Shown here: one piece after another, positions 22,836-29,575 of the stretch | Position numbering within the stretch: position 1 is the first letter of the stretch | Layout of the letters: each line of letters starts with the position of its first letter | Source of the DNA: Candidatus Velamenicoccus archaeovorus | GTDB taxonomy: Bacteria; Omnitrophota; Gorgyraeia; Velamenicoccales; Velamenicoccaceae | Direction: 5' to 3' | Assembly: GCF_004102945.1 (NCBI RefSeq) | Contig: NZ_CP019384.1 | Coordinates: 210,001-242,000 of the forward strand | DNA length: 32,000 bases | Program-made: the position numbers and the translations under genes | Notes under the pieces: generated by a model | Databases searched by the model: none | What the model was told of the DNA's origin: nothing | Seen by the model: only the letters and a program-made list of their open reading frames with translations

Positions 22836-22883
22836 GAGCCCAGGCTGGGCAGCTTGATTATCGGCCTGGCGAGAACCAAAGGG
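22836..22883 (+). repeat. Direct repeat copy 2 (orphan tRNA-Gln 3' end plus flank)
   Basis: GAGCCCAGGCTGGGCAGCTTGATTATCGGCCTGGCGAGAACCAAAGGG lies 183 bp downstream of copy 1. No complete tRNA can be folded around it. Confidence 0.85.
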
Positions 22884-23231
22884 CGCTGGTCGGTTTCATG
22901 GCCGGCCTGGCGACCTGCCTGCTTTGGCTAAGGCCAAAGGCAGGGAACCAAAATAATATATTGACGCGTCCCCCCGTCGTTCGTTGACGCATTGTCAAGC
23001 GCGGGGGCTTGTACTTCGACAGACTCAGGGTTATGCTCTGAGCAAGTCCACCTTCGGTGGACGCATCGAAGAGTTTGCTAACCACAAGGCCATGGCGTGT
23101 TCCTGCGATCATGCAATCACCGACCTTTTTGTAGGCAACGGATGTTGTCGAGAGGCCGGTGAGCCTTCCGGTTTTTATCAGCAATCACGCGTTTCACGGC
23201 GAAAGAAAATCCCGGGGAATTCCTAAAACTT

Positions 23232-24491
23232 ATGTTAAAGTTGTGCGTTATCGTTTTGGCTGCAGGAGAGGGGAAACGGATGAAGTCCGCCACCCCGAAG
23301 GTCCTGCATGAAGTGGCCTGGCGTCCTATGTTGAGCTTCGTTATGGATGCCGCCGTATCGATGAAGCCCAGAAAGACCGTTGTGGTTTTAAGTCCCAAGA
23401 GGCCTGAGGTTCGCGGCGTCCTCGAGAAGTCCGTGGCTGTTGCGTTCCAGAAAAGTCCTCTCGGCACGGCCGATGCCGTTGCAGCGGCGGTCAAGGAGAT
23501 CCCGAAAGATTCAGGCGACGTCATGGTGCTTTACGGCGATACGCCGCTGATCCGTCCACAGACGGTGCGCCGCCTCTATGAAGCCCATGTGGCGAGCAGC
23601 GCATCCTGCACCGTGTTGACGACATTTTTGAACGATCCGCGGGGTTACGGCAGGGTCTTGCGCAACGATGCGGGTCGCTTTCTGGCGATCGTCGAGGAAA
23701 GAGATGCGACAGTTTCCCAAAAGGCCGTGCGGGAGATCAACACGGGCCTTTATTGTTTTAAAAAAGACGATCTTCTGGAAGGGTTGAAGCATATCAGGCC
23801 CGACAACAGAAGCGGTGAGTATTACCTTACAGACGTCTTGGGTTGGCTTTTTGGTTCCAACAAAAAGGTCGAGACGGTCCTTGCGGAAGATCCTCAGGAA
23901 GTGTTGGGCGTCAATTCGCGCCGGGACCTGCGGGAGGCCTCGGAAGTCCTCCGGATGCGTATCCTGGAATCATTTGAGGAGCGGGGTGTCGTCATCGAGG
24001 ACCCGAAGTCGACCTTTATCGACCCTGCCGCAATGATCGGATCGGGCTCCCGTGTTCGTCCATTCACCTATATCGAAAAAGATGTCGTGATAGGCCGCGA
24101 TTGCTCCATCGGGCCCTTCTGCCATCTGCGTCCCGGGGTTGTCCTCGGCGACCGGGCGGCTGTAGGAAATTTTGCCGAAGTCAAAAATTCGACCCTGGGA
24201 GAAGAAAGCGTCATGCATCACGTGGGATATCTCGGCGATACGGAGGTTGGCCGCAGGGTCAATATCGGGGCCGGCACCGTCGTTGCCAATTTTGACGGTC
24301 AGAAAAAGAGCAAGACCATCATTAAAGACCAGGCTTTTATCGGTAGTGATGCGGTTTTGATTGCGCCAGTGGTCATCGGCAAGAAGGCCGTGGTCGGCGC
24401 CGGAAGCGTCGTGACGCGGCGTCATGATGTTCCGGACCGGGCGGTTGTGGCGGGCGTGCCGGCCCGGGCCCTGAAACCCAAACGTAAATAA
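23232..24491 (+). CDS. glmU: Bifunctional UDP-N-acetylglucosamine pyrophosphorylase / glucosamine-1-phosphate N-acetyltransferase
   Basis: LAAGEGKRMKS nucleotidyltransferase motif, YYLTDV, and a C-terminal left-handed beta-helix of hexapeptide repeats (IGRDCSIGPF..., VGNFAEVKNS..., IGAGTVV...). Confidence 0.9.
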   Translation: MLKLCVIVLAAGEGKRMKSATPKVLHEVAWRPMLSFVMDAAVSMKPRKTVVVLSPKRPEVRGVLEKSVAVAFQKSPLGTADAVAAAVKEIPKDSGDVMVLYGDTPLIRPQTVRRLYEAHVASSASCTVLTTFLNDPRGYGRVLRNDAGRFLAIVEERDATVSQKAVREINTGLYCFKKDDLLEGLKHIRPDNRSGEYYLTDVLGWLFGSNKKVETVLAEDPQEVLGVNSRRDLREASEVLRMRILESFEERGVVIEDPKSTFIDPAAMIGSGSRVRPFTYIEKDVVIGRDCSIGPFCHLRPGVVLGDRAAVGNFAEVKNSTLGEESVMHHVGYLGDTEVGRRVNIGAGTVVANFDGQKKSKTIIKDQAFIGSDAVLIAPVVIGKKAVVGAGSVVTRRHDVPDRAVVAGVPARALKPKRK

Positions 24492-24865
24492 TTTTGATCG
24501 AGCCGCAGAATGCGGCGAAGATCAGACCCTTCCTTTATGTGGAATGAGGAAGGTCTACCCTTTCTGGGTCACCCCGCGAGTATCGGAAAAATTTGGCGCC
24601 CGGCAGCCCTGGGTAAGAAATTTTTCCGATATCTTACGATGCGCAGGTCTCCAGGAAAGAAACCCTGTGCTCATTCTGCTCGAACAGGGCGAGTACAGGG
24701 AGATTCATTGAGGCCATGACTTACGCCTGCCTTTGGTCTTCAGCCAAGGCAGGCAGGGAACCGTCACGTTGCTCCTGGTGACGTAAGTCATATGGCCGAA
24801 TTAATCCGCCGAAGCTTTGGTGGCGGATGGATTTATTTAGGTCGCAGAAGCGGTAATCATAGGAG
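24492..24865 (+). repeat. Mosaic structured intergenic element, locus D (scrambled module order) in the glmU-prs spacer
   Basis: ATTTTG plus GCCGCAGAATGCGGC. AGACCCTTCCT...AGGAAGGTCT. P2-like CGGAAAAATTT (24584-24594) / AAATTTTTCCG (24618-24628). GGAAAGAAACCCTGT. A 14-bp stem GGCCATGACTTACG (24712-24725) / CGTAAGTCATATGGCC (24782-24797). ATCCGCC...GGCGGAT, followed by TAGGAG and ATG 24873. Confidence 0.65.
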
Positions 24866-24872
24866 TCATGAT

Positions 24873-25826
24873 ATGAACAAGCTTGAGATTTTTTCAGGGA
24901 ACGCCAACAAGGGGTTGGCGGAGGAGATCGCCAAGGAGCTGGGCAAGAAGCTTGGCGGCATGATGGTGGAGCGTTTCAGCGAAGGGGAGATCAGGGTCAA
25001 GATTGACGACAATGTCCGGGGCAAAGATGTTTTTGTGATCCAGCCGACCTGCCCGCCGCCCAATGAAAACCTCATGGAGCTTTTGATCATCATCGACGCC
25101 TTGAAGCGCGCCTCCGCCGGGCGCATCACGGCTGTTGTGCCGTATTACGGATATGCCCGCCAGGACCGTAAGGACCAGCCGCGTGTGCCGATTTCAGCTA
25201 AACTTGTGGCGAACCTCCTGACCGTGGCCGGGGCCAGCCGTATTTTGACGATGGATCTCCATGCCGGGCAGATCCAGGGGTTCTTTGATATTCCCTTGGA
25301 TCATCTTTTTGCCGTTAATGTCTTTGTCGAATACATCACCTCAAAGCTCAAGTTGGAGAATTATGTCGTGGTTTCTCCCGATGTCGGCGGCATCAAGACC
25401 GCGCGGGCGTACGCCAAGAGGCTCGGGGTAGGCCTGGCGATCGTGGATAAGCGCCGCATCTCCCCCGAAAAGGCAGAAGCCATGAATATCCTCGGCGAAG
25501 TCGAAGGCAAGAACGCCATCCTGGTGGACGATTTGATTGCGACCGGCGGATCCCTGATCGAGGCCGCGAACGCCTTGAGACGGGCGGGAGTCAAGAAGAT
25601 CTATGCGGCTGTTGTCCACGGTGTTCTTTCCGGAGACGCCGTCAAGAAAATCGAAAGTTCGATCCTCGAGCAGTTGATCATCACCAACACGATCCCGAAG
25701 GATGACCACAAGGCGAGTTCCAAGATCAAGGTCTTGTCCGTCGCGCCCCTCTTGGCGGAGGCCATCAAGCGGATCCACCACGAAGAATCGATCAGCTGTT
25801 TGTTTGATGAGAGATTTGAGATATAA
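24873..25826 (+). CDS. prs: Ribose-phosphate pyrophosphokinase
   Basis: MNKLEIFSGNANKGLAEEIA..., VIPYYGYARQDRK and the PRPP-binding VSPDVGG...ILVDDLIATGGS. SD AGGAG lies 7 nt before ATG 24873. The track start 24792 lies in the repeat. Confidence 0.9.
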   Translation: MNKLEIFSGNANKGLAEEIAKELGKKLGGMMVERFSEGEIRVKIDDNVRGKDVFVIQPTCPPPNENLMELLIIIDALKRASAGRITAVVPYYGYARQDRKDQPRVPISAKLVANLLTVAGASRILTMDLHAGQIQGFFDIPLDHLFAVNVFVEYITSKLKLENYVVVSPDVGGIKTARAYAKRLGVGLAIVDKRRISPEKAEAMNILGEVEGKNAILVDDLIATGGSLIEAANALRRAGVKKIYAAVVHGVLSGDAVKKIESSILEQLIITNTIPKDDHKASSKIKVLSVAPLLAEAIKRIHHEESISCLFDERFEI

Positions 25827-25837
25827 GGGAAGAAATG

Positions 25838-25967
25838 TTGACCCCTCGCTTAAGCACTTGTAAATTTTCTCTCCGGCCGGCTAAACCGGCCTTCAGAAAA
25901 TTTCCTGCGTAAGCTCGGGGTTGATTTTGTAGGGAAAAAGTTACCCATTATAGGCAAAATCAAGGAG
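25838..25967 (+). repeat. Mosaic structured intergenic element, locus B (single short unit) ending in the rplY SD
   Basis: P1 CCCCTCGCTTAAGC (25842-25855) / GCGTAAGCTCGGGG (25907-25920). P2 AAATTTTCT (25862-25870) / AGAAAATTT (25895-25903) encloses GGCCGG-ctaaa-CCGGCC. Closing ATTTTGT (25924-25930) / GGCAAAAT (25953-25960), followed by CAAGGAG and ATG 25977. 25841-25929 matches 28116-28204 at 88 of 89 positions. Confidence 0.85.
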
Positions 25968-25976
25968 AATACGACG

Positions 25977-26669
25977 ATGGAAGCGATTTATCTGGAAGCG
26001 AAGGTGCGGGAAGGCGCCGAGGTCGGCAAGAGCCATATCCTGCGCCGTGGAGGATTTGTGCCGTGCGTTGTTTACGGTGAGGGCAAGAAGACATTGCCTC
26101 TGAAGATCGAGCGGAGCCGTTTGATCAAATTCATGCACGCGCATCACGGCGGCGAAAACATGGTGATCACCCTGAAGATCGCCGGCGGCAAAAAAGACGA
26201 AGAGAAGGCGGTCCTGATCAAAGAGATCCAGAATCACCCGGTCACCAGTGATATTCTCCATGTGGATTTTAACGAGATATCCCTGACGAAGAAGATCACC
26301 GTTCCTGTGCCCATAGAAGCCGTCGGAGAACCTGTAGGCGTCAAGCAGGAAGGCGGGACGCTGGAACACATCATCTGGGAAGTAGAGGTCGAATGTCTGC
26401 CGACCCAGATCCCCGAAAAGTTGACCGTTGATGTCTCCCAGATGAAGATCGGCGATACGATTTATCTGAAGGATGTGTCTTTGCCGTCGGGTGTCGTGAT
26501 CAAGCACGATCTGGATTCCATTGTCTTTTCCTTGTTGGCGCCTCTTAAGGAAGAGGCGGCGCCTGCGGAAGCCGCCGCGGCCGAAGGGGCAGCGGCAACT
26601 GCCGAGCCGGAAGTCATCAAGAAAGAGAAGAAACCTGTCGAGGAAACTGAAGAAACCAAGGGTGCGTAG
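25977..26669 (+). CDS. rplY: 50S ribosomal protein L25 / general stress protein Ctc (long form)
   Basis: 230 aa. The N-terminal REGAEVGKSHILRRGGFVPCVVYG... is L25-like, followed by a Ctc-type C-terminal domain and an acidic/Ala-rich tail. Confidence 0.85.
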   Translation: MEAIYLEAKVREGAEVGKSHILRRGGFVPCVVYGEGKKTLPLKIERSRLIKFMHAHHGGENMVITLKIAGGKKDEEKAVLIKEIQNHPVTSDILHVDFNEISLTKKITVPVPIEAVGEPVGVKQEGGTLEHIIWEVEVECLPTQIPEKLTVDVSQMKIGDTIYLKDVSLPSGVVIKHDLDSIVFSLLAPLKEEAAPAEAAAAEGAAATAEPEVIKKEKKPVEETEETKGA

Positions 26670-26703
26670 AACGGCGATGAGGGCTCAAGGAACCGACGCG
26701 AAG

Positions 26704-27270
26704 ATGATCGTTGGCCTGGGCAATCCGGGTTCCCAATACCGCCTGACAAGGCATAATGCGGGAGCCAGGGCCGTTGAGGCATTGGCGCGCAAGCACGGCT
26801 GGAGACTCAAGAACAGCAGGTTCACCAGAAGCTTGTGGGCAGCGGGTGATCTTTTTGAGGCTAAGATTTATCTGGTTTTGCCGCAAACATATATGAATCT
26901 TTCGGGCGAAGCCGTCGCCGCAGGCCTTAGAAAGAAAAGGTTGAAAACTCGGGACCTGCTTGTGGTTTGTGATGATGTGGCTTTGCCGCTGGGAGAGATG
27001 CGTTTCAAGGTCCGCGGAAGCGCCGGCGGCCACAACGGGCTGAAATCCGTTATCGAACATATCAAGACGGATGAGTTTAACCGTCTGAGATTAGGTGTCG
27101 GCCGCGAAGCACAGGAAGGCGATCTGGCGGATTACGTACTTGCGAAGTTCACCGTCCGTGAGGGGCCGGCCGTCGAGGAAATGACGGCGGCGGCTGTCCG
27201 GGCCATGGAGATGTGGCTGGAAGCCGGCATTGACAGAAGCATGAATTTATTTAACGCAAAGAAGAAATAG
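26704..27270 (+). CDS. pth: Peptidyl-tRNA hydrolase
   Basis: MIVGLGNPGSQYRLTRHNAG..., GGHNGLKS. ATG 26704 is preceded by AAGGA. ATG 26677 is an in-frame alternative, and the track start 26521 lies inside rplY. Confidence 0.9.
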   Translation: MIVGLGNPGSQYRLTRHNAGARAVEALARKHGWRLKNSRFTRSLWAAGDLFEAKIYLVLPQTYMNLSGEAVAAGLRKKRLKTRDLLVVCDDVALPLGEMRFKVRGSAGGHNGLKSVIEHIKTDEFNRLRLGVGREAQEGDLADYVLAKFTVREGPAVEEMTAAAVRAMEMWLEAGIDRSMNLFNAKKK

Positions 27271-27283
27271 GGGGTAAGAAGGT

Positions 27284-27604
27284 ATGAAAAAGTACGAAGC
27301 GATGTTCATCGTCAGACCGGACCTTAAAGAAGAAGACAAAAATGCCGTCCTTAAAGGGATCAAAGACCAGGTTGTCAAGCATCAGGGTACCGTGACCCAG
27401 GACCAGGTGTGGGCGGAACGGCGCAAACTGGCGTACGACCTGTTCCCGATAGGGGGCGGGACCCGCTATAAGGAAGGGCTTTATTATCTGGTCAATTTTG
27501 ATGTGGATCCTTTGGTTGTCAATACGCTGAAGAGCGCCTACGGCCTTAATGAAAACATCCTCAGGTATATCATCCTGAAGATCGACGAGAAAAAAGCCGC
27601 CTAA
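27284..27604 (+). CDS. rpsF: 30S ribosomal protein S6
   Basis: MKKYEAMFIVRPDL...W..R+LAY.I....G.Y pattern, 106 aa. Confidence 0.9.
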   Translation: MKKYEAMFIVRPDLKEEDKNAVLKGIKDQVVKHQGTVTQDQVWAERRKLAYDLFPIGGGTRYKEGLYYLVNFDVDPLVVNTLKSAYGLNENILRYIILKIDEKKAA

Positions 27605-27653
27605 TGCGCGCGGTCGAAGATGAAGTCCGGGTGTCGGGAAAAAAGGAGTCCAT

Positions 27654-28112
27654 ATGGCTAATCTCAACAAGGTTTTTTTGATCGGCAATCTTACCAAAGA
27701 CCCTGAATTGCGCTATACGCCCGGAGGCACGGCGGTCGTCAATCTCAGGATGGCGACAAACCGTCGCTTCAAGGACAAGACAGGCGAGATGAAACAGGAA
27801 GTATGTTTTATCACGGTTGTGGCATGGGACAAGCAGGCGGAGGTCTGCAACCAGTATTTGCGTAAAGGCAGTCCGTTGTTCGTGGAAGGCCGCCTGCAGA
27901 CCCGCAGCTGGGACGGCAACGACGGCAAGAAAAGAAGCGTCGTCGAGGTCAGGGCGGAGCGGATCCAGTTCTTGGGGCAGGCGGGCCAGAAAGGCGAGAC
28001 TGCTGCCGAAGAGCATGTTTCTACGGCTGAAGAAAAACAGGCTGCGCCGGCACTCGGTGCGGATACCGACGACGTTTCCTGGGGTCAGGATGCGGCAGAG
28101 GATGTGAGTTAG
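27654..28112 (+). CDS. ssb: Single-stranded DNA-binding protein
   Basis: MANLNKVFLIGNLTKDPELRYTPGGTAVVNLRMATN... is an OB fold, followed by an acidic C-terminal region. The stop TAG (28110-28112) abuts the repeat element. Confidence 0.9.
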   Translation: MANLNKVFLIGNLTKDPELRYTPGGTAVVNLRMATNRRFKDKTGEMKQEVCFITVVAWDKQAEVCNQYLRKGSPLFVEGRLQTRSWDGNDGKKRSVVEVRAERIQFLGQAGQKGETAAEEHVSTAEEKQAAPALGADTDDVSWGQDAAEDVS

Positions 28113-28604
28113 GAGACCCCTCGCTTAAGCACTTGTAAATTTTCTCTCCGGCCGGCTAAACCGGCCTTCGGAAAATTTCCTGCGTAAGCTCGGGGTTGAT
28201 TTTGCAAGGAAAATTACCCATTATAGGCAAAATTAAGGAATAAGCGTTGACTCCGCACTTGGGCACTTGAAAATTTGTGCCATGGCTAGGCCGTCGGCCT
28301 GGCGCAGCCGGCCAGGACGGCCATCCGGCACAAATTTTCCTGGTCTGCTGAAACAGCAGACCGAGTAAGTGCGGAGTTAACCCCACAAGGGGGTAGGCCT
28401 TCGCATGCCGCAGAAAGCTGCACCCCGCTTTAATAGGATAAGCGGGTGCGTCCCACTGGACGGCATACTGGCTCATCCGATTGAGCCAGGTAATTCCGAA
28501 TAAGCGAAGGGCCTAATTTTGCGCCGCAGAAAGCGGCGCACTGGCCCTTCCGATATGGCCAGGTGTAAGGAATAGAAACCCTGTTATAGGCAAAATTAAG
28601 GAGG
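28113..28604 (+). repeat. Mosaic structured intergenic elements, locus C (tandem units C1 28113-28240 and C2 28241-28604) between ssb and rpsR
   Basis: C1 is nearly identical to locus B. C2 has P1 ACTCCGCACTT (28250-28260) / AAGTGCGGAGT (28367-28377), and P2 GAAAATTTGTGCC (28269-28281) / GGCACAAATTTTC (28327-28339) enclosing the 38-nt GC palindrome (28287-28324). It also has GGTCTGCTG-aaa-CAGCAGACC, CCCC-ACAA-GGGG (28381-28392) and TAGGCCTTCGC (28394-28404) / GCGAAGGGCCTA (28504-28515) with nested hairpins. 28507-28596 matches 9719-9808 at 89 of 90 positions. It ends in TAAGGAGG (to 28604). Confidence 0.85.
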
Positions 28605-28615
28605 TCGTGAGATCT

Positions 28616-28939
28616 ATGGTTTATCAAAAGAGAGAGATGGGGAGACGGGGAGGATCGCGTGACAGCGGCGGCAGAGGTTCGGCCAAGCCGGGTGCGCGCA
28701 GACGCGAGAGGCGAGACGATCTTGAGGGGCGCTTCCGCCGCAAGACGTGCCGTTTTTGCGAAGAGAAGGTTAACAATCTGGATTATAAGGATTTGAAGCG
28801 CATGGAGCGCTTGGTGAGCGAGCGCGGTAAAATCCTGTCGCGCCGCGTGACAGGAACATGCGCCAAACATCAGCGCTGTGTTGTCGAAGCCGTCAAGAGG
28901 GCCCGTTTTATCGCACTCTTGCCGTATTTGAAGAAATAA
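28616..28939 (+). CDS. rpsR: 30S ribosomal protein S18 (with an R/G-rich N-terminal extension)
   Basis: ...[68 protein letters not shown] 28616 lies 11 nt after GGAGG. The GTG at 28607 (track start) is only 2 nt from the SD. Confidence 0.9.
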   Translation: MVYQKREMGRRGGSRDSGGRGSAKPGARRRERRDDLEGRFRRKTCRFCEEKVNNLDYKDLKRMERLVSERGKILSRRVTGTCAKHQRCVVEAVKRARFIALLPYLKK

Positions 28940-29021
28940 CGGGATTGAATAAAAAGATATTTTGGAAACTTGAATTTGGTTATTGGTCATTGTTTGGTTA
29001 TTTGTTACTCGAGAGGTTGCC

Positions 29022-29468
29022 ATGTTGAAAGTTGTTTTGAGATCCGATGTTCCCGGGATTGGCAAGATTGGCGAAGTCAAACAGGTCAAGGACGGTTTTG
29101 CCCGTAATTTTCTTCTGCCGCAGAACCTGGCTGTGATAGCGACGGACCATGCCTTGAAGCAGATGGAGCTGGAGCAGAAGAAGCGGCAGGCCAGGCTTGC
29201 CCAGGAGCGAAAGAAGGCCGAAGAGCTGGCCCAGAAGCTTAACGGATTTTCCCTGACCATAACCGTCGAGGTCAATGAAGAAGAAAAGCTTTACGGGAGC
29301 TTGACGGTCCAGGACATCCAGAAAACCCTGGCCGGCGAGGGGATCGACGTGGAAAAAAAGTGTATCGTCTTGGAGGCCCCTCTGAAGGCGCTGGGCATAT
29401 ATGACATCGACGTCAGACTTCATCCTGAGGTGACGTCGAAGATCAAGGTCTGGGTGGTCAAGAAATAG
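29022..29468 (+). CDS. rplI: 50S ribosomal protein L9
   Basis: MLKVVLRSDVPGIGKIGEVKQVKDGFARNFLLPQNLA is the canonical L9 N-terminus. SD GAGAGG precedes ATG 29022, and the track start is a TTG at 28983. Confidence 0.9.
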   Translation: MLKVVLRSDVPGIGKIGEVKQVKDGFARNFLLPQNLAVIATDHALKQMELEQKKRQARLAQERKKAEELAQKLNGFSLTITVEVNEEEKLYGSLTVQDIQKTLAGEGIDVEKKCIVLEAPLKALGIYDIDVRLHPEVTSKIKVWVVKK

Positions 29469-29575
29469 GTCGGAAAAGCGAATTCTTTGAGTTTATCGAG
29501 TTCTTATGGCTTGACTCCATAGGCTCAATGAACCGTTGTTGGTGATATTTCCTTCGAGGTTTCCATATTTTTTCT

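Noticed and set aside
22472-22879. 135-aa - strand ORF with an internal repeat LARPII(K/E)LPSLGS
   Set aside because: The peptide repeat is merely the translation of the duplicated tRNA-Gln 3' end. The ORF overlaps the tRNA and the end of spoVG. Not coding.
28282-28368. 28-codon ORF (MARPSAWRSRPGRPSGTNFPGLLKQQTE) inside unit C2, with a similar RPSVWRSRPGRP peptide readable in E1
   Set aside because: The shared peptide comes from the 38-nt GC palindrome, which reads similarly on both strands. There is no SD and the reading frame is not conserved outside the palindrome. An RNA/DNA structure explains it better.
6999-28604. Possibility that the repeated units are a CRISPR array or arrays
   Set aside because: Units vary in length (about 130-360 nt) and are internally hairpin-rich. 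They are not separated by unique spacers of constant size and occur singly or in pairs at scattered loci. No cas genes are present.
28616-28720. About 35-residue R/G-rich N-terminal extension of ribosomal protein S18
   Set aside because: S18 N-termini are naturally variable and basic in many phyla. Start-codon choice (ATG 28616 or GTG 28607) changes it by only 3 residues. Probably a lineage trait.
28430-29275. 281-aa ORF on the - strand
   Set aside because: It is antisense to the repeat locus C, rpsR and rplI. Shadow ORF.
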